DNA of 64,000 nucleotides, taken from contig NC_057711.1 in NCBI RefSeq assembly GCF_004010195.1, positions 71,812,521 to 71,876,520 on the forward strand, given 5' to 3'. The DNA comes from Chiloscyllium plagiosum. Lineage: Eukaryota. The number at the start of each line of letters is the position of its first letter. Within the stretch, counting starts at the first letter, position 1. Position numbers and translations under genes: made by a program. This document shows, one piece after another, positions 24,331 to 37,949 of the stretch. The notes beneath the pieces are model-generated. The model saw only the letters and a program-made list of their open reading frames with translations, did no database searches and was not told the origin of the DNA.

Positions 24331-24685
24331 TGGATGGCATGGTGGCTCAGTGGTTAGCACTGCTGCCTTACAGTGCCAAAGACCAGGGCTCAATTTCAAC
24401 TTCAGGCACCTGTCTCTGTGGAGTTTGCACATTCTCCCTGTGTCTGCATGTGTTTCCTCTGGATGCTCTGGTTTCCTCCCACAGTCCAAAGATGTGCATG
24501 TTAGGTGGATTGGCCATGCTAAATTGCCCATAGTGTTTAGGGATGTGCAGGCTCAATGGATTAGCCTTGGGAAATGCAGAATTACAGGATAGGGCAAGGA
24601 GGTTGGTCTGTATGGGATGCTGTTCAGAGGGTCAGTGTGAATTTGATGGGCTAAATGGCCTGCTTCTGTGGGATTTTATGATTGT
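24331..24685 (+). mobile_element. Full-length HE1-like V-SINE
   Basis: GGTGGCTCAGTGGTTAGCACTGCTGCC head; TGTGGAGTTTGCACATTCTCCC..CCACAGTCCAAAGATGTGC core. Confidence 0.9.
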
Positions 24686-25194
24686 ACATATGCAGAGTAG
24701 AATGTTAATACAGTTTCCTTTCAAACTAAACATGAGTAGTTATAGTCTCAGTGCACTAAATACATAACATTATATGTAGTTAAGACTACTTTAATGACAT
24801 ACTAGATACAAATATAAGTTTTAATCAGCATAACATTCATCATAATAATGGTTAGTCCTTAGAAGAAGAATTTCTATTTTAATTTATTTCTTTGTGGATG
24901 AATTCATGGTTGAAATCTATTGACCTGTGTTAATTACAACCTTGAACATTTTTATACCTAGACATTAGTATACTTCCAATTTGGGACATAAAATACACCT
25001 GGACATTTTTAGAGTGAAATTATGGAGCACTTTTCACACAAGTATGATAGAAATCTGGCATTCTCTTTCACAAAAGGCTACGTTAATGTAAATTTTTGAG
25101 AACTGGGATTTATAGACCTTTGTTAAGTAAAGATTGCAAGGGATATGGAATGAAAGCAGATAAGTGAAGTTGAGATACAGGTGATCCATGATCA

Positions 25195-25508
25195 ATGGGG
25201 AGACAATGCTGTATGGGATTATTGACTGGACCAGAGACCCAGGTAATGCCCTAGAGACCTGGGTTTGAATCCTGCCATGACTGATTTGAATTGAATAAAA
25301 ATCTGGAAATAAGAGTCACATGATAGCCATGAATCCAATGTCAATTATCAATGAAAAAATCTATCTGGTTGACTAACTACCATCCTTACCTAATCTGGCC
25401 TACATGTGACTCCAGGCAAACCGCAATGTGGTTGATTCCTAACTGCCTGGAGAGCAATAAAAGATGATCCAGTTGATGATGTGCTCATCCTGTGAATGAA
25501 TAAAATAA
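25195..25508 (+). mobile_element. Second SINE family copy
   Basis: GGGTTTGAATCC B box; GGCCTACATGTGACTCCAG core; TGAATGAATAAAA tail. Confidence 0.75.
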
Positions 25509-25561
25509 TGATCTACTCAAATAATTAGTAAGTGATAAGATTTAAGAATATTTCATTATAA

Positions 25562-25890
25562 AGACATAGAGTCATAGAGATGTACAGCATGGAAACAGAC
25601 TCTTTGGTCCAACTCGTTCATGCCAACTAGATATCCTAAATAAATCTTGTCCCATTTGCCAGCTTTTCGCCTATATCCCTTCCTATTCAGATGGCTTATA
25701 AATGTTGTAGTTGTACCAGCCTCCATCACTTCCTCTGGCAGCTCATTCCATACACGTACCACCCTCTGTGTGAAAAAGTTGCCCCTTAGGTCTCTTTTAA
25801 ATCTTTCCCCTCTCACCCTAAACCTGTGCCCTCTAGTTTTAGACTCCCCGACCCCGGCAAAAAGACCTTAAGTATTCACCTTATCTATGG
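25562..25890 (-). mobile_element. CR1/HER1 3' end
   Basis: RGERFKRDLRGNFFTQRVVRVWNELP; CATAGAGT tail. Confidence 0.92.
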
Positions 25891-26219
25891 CTAAGTATAA
25901 GTGATTACCTCGAATGAGGAAGTCCCAAGCTAACATTAAAATTGGAACTAGGATGAGCCTCCTGTGGCACAGTGGTTGTATCCCTCCCCCAGTTCAGGGG
26001 GCCTAGGTTCAAGTCCCATCTCCTCCAAAGGTGTGAATCACATCTCTGAACAGGTGGATTTAAAAAAAGGTTAAATTAAAATCAGAACTAATTCATTCAT
26101 TTGTGATGTTAGGAGAATGTTGAAGCACAAGGGTAATAGTCTAACACTCACTCACCCACCCACACACACACACATATATATGATTCAAATCAGCACAGGA
26201 TCAGCCAATTCAAAACTGA

Positions 26220-26445
26220 GATTAGATTAAATTAGATTCCTTACAGTATGGAAACAAGCCCTTCGGCTCAACAAGTCCACACCGACCCTCCGAAGAGTAA
26301 CCCACCCAGACCCATTCCCCTGACTAATGCACCTAACACAATGGGCAATTTAGCATGGCCAATTCATCTGACCTGCACATCTTTGGATTGTGGGAGGAAA
26401 CCGGAGCAGACACGAGGAGAACATGCAAACTCCACATAGACAGAT
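26220..26445 (-). mobile_element. HE1-like SINE, 5'-truncated
   Basis: V-SINE core and (ATTAG)n tail. Confidence 0.85.
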
Positions 26446-28399
26446 TGATAGACATTTTTTAAAAATTTGGGAAGTTTAAGAAGGAACGCCAAACCAAAGC
26501 ATAGGAATGGAGTGAGGCTACCAATTAGTCATGATCCCATTGCATGTTTGAATAGCTAAATGCCTGTTCATCCTATTTCCAATGATGAGCTCTATTGTGT
26601 ATTGCTTTGGATTTTTGATTTGGTTTTTGATGCAAATGCAATCTTAAGAAATATTCCATTGCCACCTAAAACACTTGTAGGTTAGTGTAATTTTTCATGA
26701 TTCAGCCCAATGGTTGCATGAACTGTTCCATGTCTACAATTGAATATATTACTATTAAGAGATTTTATTTTATCATTTTGCAGCAGTATTTCTAGTTTGA
26801 TTAGAATGATAGTGAAGGTTATTACTTTTGCTTGCCGTGTTGATTAAATATTATTGAAAAGGCTAGGAATATTTTCTTTTGAGTGCTTCATGTAGAATTA
26901 TGAAGATTGAATTTTGATTGGTGACATGTGCAGTCACACACATGAATTTCAGAGGATACATTCCGTCCTCATTATAACATAATGCTTGAATGAAGGATAT
27001 CTATCAGTTTTGTGCCATAGCAAATATCTTATAGTAAATATAACTATGTCAAATTAGGCATTAAAGTCCAGTGATCTTTCAACAGTTTTATATTTAACAA
27101 TCATGTAATAAGGCTGGAATGTATTGGTTCTGTGTAAAGGGCCTTTTTGCAGGGAAATTAAATCACTTCAGAAATACAGCCTGTATGTTACTTGATGCTT
27201 GCTTTGCTAGACCTTGTGATGTTGTACACTGATATTTTGGATGTCATGGTGAGCAGTGGTGACTAAGCAACCATATATAACTCCTTTCAAAGTGTAATTG
27301 GTTCATTTTTGCACAAGAAAATGATACAATGCTGTTCAATATAAAGATTGAAAACACATGCATTTCATTTTATCTAATGACGGCATATTAACCATAGATG
27401 ATCTGTCAGAAATGTATTTCTTTGCATAAACATCCCTGACACGTAAGCAGCTGGCAAGTATTTCTAAAGGAAATGGCCCTTAATTAAACTCAACCATTCC
27501 CTAGAGAATACGGCTGAGACAACCAGAGATAAATATGACCCTGTTGTAGGTAATGTCATTGTATCTTCATTATTGCAATACCATTCATTTCAATTGCAGC
27601 CTAGAGACTTGGTGTGATGCTTTACATCACATTGCATTTGTGAAATTCAGTGGGCTTGTGTGAAAATGAGTCCACTGCTGAGATTGCAAATCAGACTTTC
27701 CAAATAGGATTTGCAAGGAACTAATATGTTATGCAAAGAAGGTAGCCTTTAATATGCAACTGATTATGTATTCAAATGGTATTTTGCAGAATATTATTTA
27801 TGTAGGTTAGGCGTTAAATTTGTGTAACATTGAGACTTTGTGTAGGTAGACAGGCATTATGGTAAAGCTGAAGTTTAAGAAGTTGCAAGTGCATTGGCAA
27901 CCTAATTGTGGAATCTCTTCTAAGAAAATTATTTTAAAATGTGGTAGATTCAAATAATAAATGTGAGCATTCTTTGTCTCTCTTGCTCTCTGCATTTCTT
28001 ATAAAAAGAAAGCAAACCAACTCATTCGTTATAACTAAAACAGGCTGCTTAAATAATCCATCTGGAATTAGTTTACTGTCCTCACTTCAGTTGACTTCAA
28101 AGGATAAAACTTCCATAGGGTAATAAAAAGAATTGCAGTGGAGTATGCTTGATGGAAATAAAGAAATGCAAGCCATGTCTCTAAGGATCTTTCCTTTATT
28201 ACAAACACAGTCAATAATAACCAGCTGTAGAAATCAATAAGGAAAACAGGAAGAAAGTTGCTCTTAATCTTAAAGCCCGAACATGATAAGTGTCTGCATT
28301 TCCAAGTGTGAACCATTGCATGCAAATCTTACTGGCACTTTCACTGTAATTGAGACTATTTTATAGGTTTATTAGAAAATCCCTATAATTGTCTAAAAT

Positions 28400-28680
28400 G
28401 TTGCAAAGCAATGCTGCATGTTCCTCTTTCTAGGCCTAAGTGTTTGCACGTGGGGCATCAAAGTTGAGTTTGATCCAAACTTCACGCAACACCCCACACA
28501 TATGCAGGGGTCAACAGAAGACAATCAGGAGTCAAAATCATGGCTAATGTTCCCAACCTGGTGCACGTACCACATTTAAAACACTTTCTTACTGCCACCC
28601 TGGTTGATTCCAACTACAAGAATTCAGTTTGGGACCTTCTGATGTATATTTCAATAACATATTAGACTAACTGGCAATGA
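28400..28680 (-). mobile_element. Old AmnSINE2-like SINE
   Basis: GGGGCATCA..CACACAT..GCAGGGGTCA..ATCAGGAG..ACTGCCACCCTGG resembles the reverse complement of the recalled consensus. Confidence 0.45.
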
Positions 28681-29799
28681 CTTTCACATAACTTTTTATT
28701 TTTAAGGATCTCAGATCTCTACTCTTATGATCACAAGTCATTATTTCATTTATCCTTAAACTTGTCTGTGGAACATTTCAAGGACAATTACTATGACATT
28801 GCAATTTTGTAACATTTGTCACAGAACTTTAGAATATAGAAGGCAATTCCTTTTCCATTTGTGACATTCACATTCTTGGACATGCTGAATGCAGCCACTT
28901 TCCTCATTTTGGAATGGGGTAAAATGAACAAAACAGAAAATGGTTTCTGAAAGGAAGAAGCTTGGTGAAGTCAACAACCTTTTCGCTTCTTTCATATTTT
29001 CTTATGTTCTTACCAGTGCAGTCCTTTGAAGATGCAGCATTTAAAGGTTTGTGTAAATATGGAAAATTAGTTGCTTATAATCCAAACCACAAATTAATAC
29101 TATTGATTTGGGTCAAAGGTTTATAGAAAATACTTTGGTATGATGGAATAAATCATCCAATGCATTAGAATTGCAATGGCTTATACTTAGTACTGATGAG
29201 TCATTAAATGTTTCCTTACTTAAAATATGCAAAAAATGCTGAGAACAGACAAGTACTAGAATTAGGAGTAAGTGAAGGCTATTCAATCTCTTGATCCTGT
29301 TCCATAGTCTCTAAGATTATGGCCAATCTGATTACTTCACCTTCCTGCCTATCCACAATAATATTTTACCCCATTGCTTATCAAGAATCCATCTTCCTCT
29401 AGAATAATAATATTCAAGAATTCTACTTCCACCATCTTTTTGAGGAACAAAGTTCAAAATCTCATGTCCGCTTGAGGAAAAACAATTCCCCTATAATATC
29501 TGTCTTCAATGGACATCACTTCATATTGTAACAGTGATCCCAAACATTGAGATGTAACAAGTGTTCTCCTATTCTCTGCATACCCGTGAACTCAGTTATT
29601 AATTGCATCATCAGTGGATTTTAAACTATGTAATTTTTGAAAATTTTGACTTTATCGTAATTCAAAATAATCTCACATTCAGAAAGCTGAAATATTCAGA
29701 GTCTGTTATTCATTAATATGATGAATAATTATTTGGAGTTTGGAAAATATTTCCATTTATAACAGGTTCCACACAATGGTCACTTAATGGCCTCATGGA

Positions 29800-31700
29800 G
29801 GCCAGTTTAATTCATTCAATATGGTATCAAGAAACAGTCAAAGGCATAATTCCAACAACAGGCATGGAAGGCTTGTGCTTCAGTCCTTGCCACAGCCCCA
29901 GCCAAGGTGTTCCTATATAGCTTCAACATTGGCATCTATCTGATAATGTGGAAAATTGCCCAGGCATGTCCTGTGCACAAAAAGTAGAACAAATCCATCC
30001 TAACCAATTACTGCCCTGTCAGCATAGTCTTGATCATCAATAATGGAAAGGATGTTCAATGGTGCTATTAAAACATGCTTAGCAATTGCCTGGTTCCATC
30101 CAGTCCATTTGGCTCCTGATTTCAGTATATCGTTGCTTCAAGCATTGTCAAAAGAGTCATTCCCCAGTTGTGAGATGAGAGTGATTGACCTTGATATCAA
30201 AGCCACATTTTACAGGGTCAAATCAAGTAACTGGACTCTGTTGGAAGTGTCATTGGTTAGTGTTATACCTGGCACAAAGGGAAAAGGTTCTGAGTTATCT
30301 CAGTTTCAAAATAGCTCTCCAGGAGTCCCTCAGGGAAGTATCCTTTGATCAGCCATCTCCAAATGTTTATTCAATTACCTTCCCTCTATCATAACATCAG
30401 AAGTGGGGATGTTCACGAATGATTGCACAATATTCGTGAACATATTGACTCCTCAGATACTGAAAAAGTCCATAGATAAATGCAGATATAAGTGCGAGGA
30501 AATAGCCATCTGAAACAAGAGAGACTCCAACCTGTACTCCTTGTCACTGAATGACTTTACAGCAATATTAATATCTTGGGCTTTACGTTTGGCCAGAATC
30601 TGAGCTGGACTAGCCATATAAAATACTATAACTACACTTGAGCAGGTCACAGGCTGGGAAGCTGGATTCTAGAGGACATTGGTGTGGTTTGAGAGGATGC
30701 AGAAACGGATGTTGCTGGGAATGGATGGTTTAAACTACAGGGAGAGGCTGATTAGGCTGTGGCATTTTTTTCCCTGGAGAGTAGGAAACTGAGGGGTGAC
30801 CTTATAGAGGTTTATAAAATCATAAGGAGCATAGAGAGGGTAAATAGCCAAGCTCTTTCTCTGAGAGGGCATAGGTTTAAGGTGAGAAGAGAAATATTTG
30901 AAAAGGACGTAGAAGGTGGTGTGTATGTGGAATGAGCTGCCAGAGGTGGTGGTACAACAATCACAACATTAAAAGGAATCTGAATGGGGGGTGGATGGGG
31001 GGGGGGGGGGGGGGGGGGGTAGTAGGGATACATGAATAGGAAGGGTTTACAGGGATATGAGCCAAATGTTAGCAAATGGGACCAGATCCGATTGGGATGT
31101 TTGGTTTAACATGGATCAGTTGGACCAAAGGGTCTGTATGACTTTATGTCTCACCTGCTGCCCCCCCAACTATCCACAAGGCACATTCAGGAGTGTGATA
31201 GAATATTCCCCACTTGCCTACATGAGTGCAGTTTCAAAAATACTCCAGAACTATTGACACCATCCAGGGCAAAGCAGCCCGCTTGATTCGGCACCAGAAC
31301 AACAAACATTCACAGCCTCCAGCACTATTATTTGTTAGCAGCAGTATGCATCAGATACGAGATGCATAGCAGAAATTCCCCAAAGCTCCTTAGACAGCAT
31401 CTTCTAAATCTATGATCACTACCATTTAGAAGGACAAGGATCAGCAGATATATGGGAATACGAGAACCTGCAAAACTCCCTCCAGCCACATTCTATCTTA
31501 ACATGAAAGTATATTGCAATCCTTCTCTATGATTACGTAAAAATTCTCAAATTCCTCTCTAACAGCACCGTGGATGTTCCTGCACCCCAGTACTGCAGCA
31601 GTTCAAGATGGCAGCTCACCACCACCAGCTCAAAGGAATTACGGGTTGGGTCTAGCCTTCAAAGCCAGCATCTTGAGAACAAACTGAAGAAAAAATGTTT
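29800..31700 (+). mobile_element. Decayed copy of the second LINE family, split by a CR1 3' fragment
   Basis: MWKIAQACPVHKK, NYCPVS, PGVPQGSIL; resumes at ~31150 colinear with 21.9-23.2k. Confidence 0.8.
30675..31150 (+). mobile_element. CR1/HER1 3' fragment containing a G-run (30986-31019)
   Basis: LRGDLIEVYKIIR; GYMNRKGLQGY; TATGACT tail. Confidence 0.85.
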
Positions 31701-31772
31701 AAACAGAAAGCAAAAACAAATTTTGTATCTCATGTTGTTGCAGATTCTGCACTCAACAGTGATTCATCTGAG

Positions 31773-32008
31773 TAGGTAAAAACAAGGACTGCAGATGCTG
31801 GAAACCAGAGTCTAGATTAGAGTGGTGCTGAAAAAGCACAGCAGGTCAGGCAGCATCCGACGAGCAGGAAAATCGACGTTTTGGGCAAAAGCCCTTCATC
31901 AGGAGTAGAGCTGCTTGATGAAGGGCTTTTGTCCGAAACGCTGATTTTCCTGCTCGTCGGATGCTGCCTGACCTGCTGTGCTTTTCCAGCACCACTCTAA
32001 TCTAGATG
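31773..32008. mobile_element. Fold-back ORF-less Penelope pLTR element with twin hammerhead motifs
   Basis: Inverted arms 31811-31903 and 31914-32006, 10-nt spacer, 38-nt one-sided tail; 14-bp TSD GTGATTCATCTGAG at 31759-31772 and 32009-32022. Confidence 0.95.
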
Positions 32009-34339
32009 GTGATTCATCTGAGCTCATCAGCTCATTAGGTTGGCAGTTCCAGGATTTTGACCCAATAACAATGAAGGAAAAACAAAATAATAAGTCCAAG
32101 TAGGGATGGTAGGGAATTTGCAGATGGTGGTGTTCCCCGGTGCCTAAAGAAACTTGCAGATTGTCGGGTTTACAGATTTTACAGATGTTGCAGAAGAACC
32201 CTCGCCAAGTCGTTCTATTGTAAAGATGGTGTACACACAGACACAGTGTCCTACTATTAGATGGAAAAAAATCTTAAAATGGTGGATGGGATATAGATCA
32301 AGTGGATTGCTTTGCTTTGGTTTGGAAGCTCCTGAGATACTAGAGGCTGAACCATATTGCTCACAAATCTGATGCCAGATTTAACCAAGATGAGCTTCTA
32401 ATCACATAATTAATAATCATTAAAGCTGCTTTATTTTCCATTTTCTATAACATCACCCAACTCTAATCCTGACTCTGCTCACTAATCTAGAGCTTTGTTA
32501 TTTCTAGATTTGGCTTTTTCAGTGCATTCTTGACTGACTTCCCACAGTTTACCCTTAAAAATCTAAAAGCTAAAACAGAGCAGGAAAGGCTGAATCCAGC
32601 CTATATGTAACTGATTACAGAGTCACTTGGGAGCCAAGAGGAGCAGTAGTCGTCTCTCCAGGATCAACAAGTTGACAAATAACCTACACCTTGAGTTACT
32701 TGCATGCTTTCCACTTGTTTTCCCCCTCCCACCACTATCGTACTCATCTGATGACCACTCGATGTCAACTCGAACACTACAATTGAGAGAACTTGCAACT
32801 GGGCAATGACCCTTCCATCAGGAAACTTGCTCCATCACAGAGAAGTATCCACCTCTCACCTCACGGCATTAAAAGCCTGTGAGTTGACATATCTGAACTC
32901 CTCAGCTGTAGTCCGGTGAAGCAAGCAATTTTGTCTTGCAGACTGTCATTAAGGCTGCCTTTTGGCAAGAAAACAACAGAAAATAAAATCCAAAGAAGCC
33001 CAGTGGCTAAAACCTGCCTGACTTTCAGAAAATTAATTCTTTCAGGATTACTAATCTCACAACAACTGCACTAAACACACGGCCAGAGTGTTTTCTCTTT
33101 GTGTGGTGCACTCAGCCTTTCCTGATACCAATTGCAGTAAATCTAATTGGCTAAAGATTGGCAATGTTAACAATAAAACCTCAGAAGAAGGCTAATATAG
33201 ATCATCCACTGGGTGCATTTAGCTAAAGATGTTTGCAAATGATTTAACTGTTTTACACTTGTGCTGAGCACCACCATAGATAAAGACAACGACGTTCATG
33301 GGGACACCTCCTACACCTTGATATTTCATTCTTTCCATTTGCAACTGAATCTTGTTGCAGAGTTTTGATCTGATTCGTTGGTTGTGGGATAGCTCAGCTG
33401 TCTATCATTATTTGCTGCCTGTAATGTCTTCCTTTCTAAATTTTGGAAAGTAATGTTCACGCAACAGCCAAAACATTCAATAAGTGTATATTGTACATAA
33501 CCTGATATTAGCCCTTCTAGGTGCCTAATGGCATAGTGATTCTTTACAGCTCAATACAATTGACAGATGGTATTATTTGCATATCTGAAGAATAAACTCA
33601 ATAACCCGTTATTGAACAAGAACATCAGCATAGATCAATTTGTTAAGAACTAGCCCACTTTTCACATTGATAGACAGTAATGTTCTCTCAATCCTCAGTT
33701 TGGTATTTGAAGACAAACTGCAACTATCCCTTTTTATACTCAGTTTTCCCACTCTTGTCTCGAAAGTGACTCATACTTGATGACTATGTATCTAATATTC
33801 CTCCACCTCCCGTCCATGTTGACTTATCACTTGCACTGTTGATTTTTACCGTAACAATTGTGTATCAGAATAGGAAGATACATGGGGGAGTGAAAAGCAT
33901 TAATTATTCTATTATGCAGTCCATGCTAAAATGAACAGCAGTGATTTATGAAGATGTGAGGAACTCATTAATTTTCATTGGTGTATGGATATAATAATCA
34001 ATTGTTTTAGCAAATAAGAATCTTTAATATTTGTAGGATTTTATGATGAAAATCACCCTGAGATTAGAGAGCTTTTTACGGTCAAGTTAATTTTGTCAGG
34101 AAAAGATATTAAATATAATTTACTATTAAGATGACCAATAATAAAAACAGATAAATTATTGATGTTCTGTTTAGATATGTATCATAGTCTTCTATAAATT
34201 TTAACCATATTTACGGCAGATGTTAAACACTTGACTTGAATATATTATAGAAAAAGGAGTGTTATATTGGACGCAATTGCCATCAAGAATGATTATTTGT
34301 TAAATTTAAACTTTGACATTGATCTTTGTCAGTAGAAGC

Positions 34340-36540
34340 CTAAATAGCTCAATCTCTCAATAAAACAAATCCCACATCTCTGGAATCAATCTGGTGAACC
34401 TCCTCTGAATTGCCTCCAATGCAACTACATTCCTCCTCAAGTAAGGGGACCAGAATTGTACCTCATACTCCAGGTGCAGCTTCACTCCATCCTTGTGCTG
34501 TGATAGCAACATTTGCAGATCTTTATATTTATTCCTTCAGCAATAAATGCCAACATTCCATTTGCCTTCCTTATGACCTGCTATACCTGGAACTAGCTTT
34601 CTGTGATTCATGCAAGGACACCCAAATCTCCACTGAAGCAATCTGAACTTTCTCTCCATTTTGACAGTAAGTTGCCTTTCTATTCCTCCAATCAAAATGG
34701 ATAACGTCACACTTATCCACACTGAACTTCATCTGCCAAAATTTGGTCCAATCACCCAGTGTATCTGTTACCATTTGCAAAATTCTTGTTGCTTTATTGC
34801 AACTTACTTTTCTAACTAGTTTAGTGTCATCTGCAAATTTGGCTATGGTATTTTCCATTCCTACATCTAAATCATTAATATAGATTGGAAGCAGTAAGGG
34901 TGGGAGGGCTGAACCTTGTGGTACCCCATGAGTTACATGTTGTCCACAAGATAAAGATCAATTTATCCCAACACTCTGCTTTCTCTTGCTTATCCAATCT
35001 TCAGTCCAAGCGAATAAATTTATCCGAAATTCACGTGATCCTATCTTGTGTATTAAGCTTTTGTATGGCATCTGATCAAATGTCTTTGAAAAGTCTAGAT
35101 ATCCTACATCTACAGTATTTCCATTATCCACATTCCTTGTTACATTTTAAAGAACTCTAGTGAATTTGTCAAACAATAACATACCCTTCATAAAACCATG
35201 CTGATAGATTACATTTTGATTTTCTTGTCATTATTTCCTTTAATAATGGATTCTAACAATTTCCCAATGACACGTATTAAACTAACTGGTCTATAGATTC
35301 TTACTTTCTGCTTTCCTCCATTTTTTGAATAAGGCATTATATTAACATTTTCCAATCCATTGGAACTTTTCCTTCAGTCAGGGAATTTTGAAATATCATA
35401 ATCATATTGTGCACAGTTTTGGTCCCCTTATTTTAGGAAAGATGTAGTGGCATTGGAGGCAGTTCAGAGGAGGTTCACTAGATTGATCCTAGAGATGAAG
35501 AGTTTGTCATATGAAGAGAGATTGAACAGTTTTAGGTCTATACTCTCTGGAATTTAGAATAATGAGGGGAGATCAAATTGAGGTATTCCGGCTGATAAAA
35601 AGTATGGATATAATAGACGTGGAGCAGATGCTGCCTCTTGTGGGGCATTCTAGGACAAGAGGTCATAGTCTTAGGATAAGGGGTAGCAAAGTTTTAACAG
35701 AGTTGAGGAGAAACTACTACTCCCAAAGTGTTGTGAATCTGTGGAATTCACAACTCCAAAGTACGGTGGATTCTGGGACAGTAAGTTTAAGGAGGAGTTA
35801 GACAGATTTTAACTGGTAATGGGTTGAAGGGAAATGGCGAGAAGGCAGGAAAATGGGAGTGAAGAGCAGATCATCCGTGATCGAATAAAGAGCAGACTCG
35901 ATGGGTTGAATGGCCTAATTCTGCTCCTATACCTTATGAACTTATGAACTAATGAATGGATTCACTATTTCTGCTGCCACTTCCTTTAAGACTCTAAGAT
36001 GTAGGCCATCAAGCCCTGGGGACTGGTCTGTCTTCAATCCCAATAAATTGCTCAGTACGTTTTCGTGAAGGATTATGATTGTTTTAAATTCCTGCCTATC
36101 AATTTGCATTACCTCTTACTATTGAAGTGGCAGTAGTGTTCTCCACTGTGAAAACTGAAGCAAAATATTGATTTAGTGACTCTGCCATTTCTGTGTTCTC
36201 CACTATTAACCCCTCAGTCTCGTCCTGCAAGGAACCAACTTTCATCTTAGCTACCCTTTTCCCTTTTATGCATTTGTAGAAGCTTTTGCTATCTGTTTTT
36301 ATATTTTGTGCTGGTTTTCTTTTATAATTTATCTTTGCTCTATTTATTATTTTTTAGTTACTCTTTGTTGAACTTCAAAAGTTTCTCAAACTTCCAGCCT
36401 GCCACTCACCATTGGAAAATGGTTTACCTTATTTTTTTTCTTCATAATATCTTTTAACTTTCTTCCTTAGTGATGGATGTTTCCTTTCACAACCCCTGTC
36501 CCACCCCCATACCTATGTAATTGCCTTTCTTTAACATCAG
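34340..36540 (-). mobile_element. Decayed CR1 ORF2 interrupted by a younger CR1
   Basis: IAKFADDTKL, WQMKFSVDKC, NYRPVS-like motifs. Confidence 0.85.
35405..35952 (+). mobile_element. CR1 3' fragment with (TTATGAAC)n tail
   Basis: YCAQFWSPY, RTRGHSLRIRG, VVNLWNS. Confidence 0.9.
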
Positions 36541-36803
36541 AATGCTTGTATGGGTCTCCTGTTGCTCTCCTTTAAACTGTATTTAAAATTCCAACATGCT
36601 ATAATCACTCATCCCTAGAAGGATCCGTTCCTTCAAGGAAATCAAGTCAGAGGAATGAGGGGTGTTGGGTTGAAGGGGGTGTGACACAGTTAAGGGTGGT
36701 AATGCAGAGGAGGTGAAATCAGGAGGCGGATTGATTGTTGTCAGGGATCCTGAAGGTTGAAGACCTCAAAGAGGTGTAGCTTGTTGAGTCAGGCTGTCAG
36801 ATT

Positions 36804-36978
36804 AATAGTCCAACAGGTTTACTTAGAAGCACTAGCTTTCGGAACGACGCTCCTTCTTCAGGTGGTTGAGCGGCGCTTTGAAAGCAAGCGCTTCCAAATA
36901 AACCTGTTGGACTACAACCTGGTATTGTGTGATTTTCAATTTTGTCCACCCCAGTCCAACACCCTCTCCTCCACCATA
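36804..36978. mobile_element. Fold-back pLTR element of a third Penelope family
   Basis: Arms ~36805-36865 and ~36868-36913 (AAATAAACCTGTTGGACTA); minus-strand CAC-CTGAAGA-AGGAGCgtcGTTCC-GAAAGCTA-GTG hammerhead-like motif. Confidence 0.8.
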
Positions 36979-37224
36979 TCAATTTAATGGTTAGCTAAGA
37001 TTTAGAGTTGGCAAGAGTTTCCCTGAACAACTATTCAGGTAATTAAGTTTCAAACCTCAAAAATTCAAGAGGCTATTTCAGACGATTCCCGAAGCATATG
37101 AATGGCCCATTGGAAACTTCAGTTTTCTATGGTAATTCCCTTGGCCTGCTGCATCAGGAATGTTGCACGATTGCAGCACTTGACTCCAGTCTATATCACT
37201 CCAATGACACTCTGACCGCCAGGA

Positions 37225-37565
37225 TATGTGTGTCATGGTTATGACTGTGACAGAGACCTGTCTCAAAGCAGAGCAAAACTGGATGTTCAAAATTTCTAGA
37301 TGTTAGATGTTCGTAAAAGGTATGAAAGAAAGAAAATGAAAAGGGGAGGTGGTATTTGTTGAGGAGAACATTGCAGTGCAGGATAAAGAGAATATCCAGA
37401 AGATTTACGGACCTAATTGTTTTGTCTAGAGCTAAGAAACATTGTTAGGGGTGGTCTGCAGACCACCAGCTCATAGAGTCATAGAGTCATAGAGATGTAC
37501 AGCATGGAAACAGACCCTGCAGTCCAACCCATCCATGCTGACCAGATATCCCAAACCAATCCAGA
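37225..37565. mobile_element. CR1 endonuclease remnant (+) followed by a short CR1/HER1 tail (-, 37472-37565)
   Basis: VTETCLKAEQNWMF; (CATAGAGT)3. Confidence 0.65.
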
Positions 37566-37949
37566 AAGTAGTTAATGAGGTGAGCTTGGAGTTATAGTGT
37601 GAGAAACTCTGCAAGGCTTCGCAGAGGGAAATCCTCAATGAATATCAACAAAGTGGCACTTTTTCAGAATGCGGTAAGATTTAACCCTTTATTTAAAATT
37701 GGAGAGAAAAATAATAAGCAGTTTTGATTTGAAATCTAATAAAATCCAATGTTGACCTTAAGTTTGATGAAATATCTACTCTGCAGACAATTTGGCTAAA
37801 CTCTTATTGATAGTAGACATCGGATTGATTTCCCTAGCTATCATGGAGCTGTGTTAGCTCACCATATATTCCAATGGACGCATTACATTTGGGTACAGCA
37901 ACTATGTCTAAGCACCCGTTAGTGACTTGATTACCCTGAAAATGAGGCC

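Noticed and set aside
24331..24410. tRNA-like A/B boxes here and at other SINE heads
   Set aside because: They are SINE heads followed by the V-SINE core, not tRNA genes
30986..31027. Long G-run (and C-run at 15962-15977) as G-quadruplex
   Set aside because: Homopolymer expansions inside transposons, with unreliable length and no sign of function
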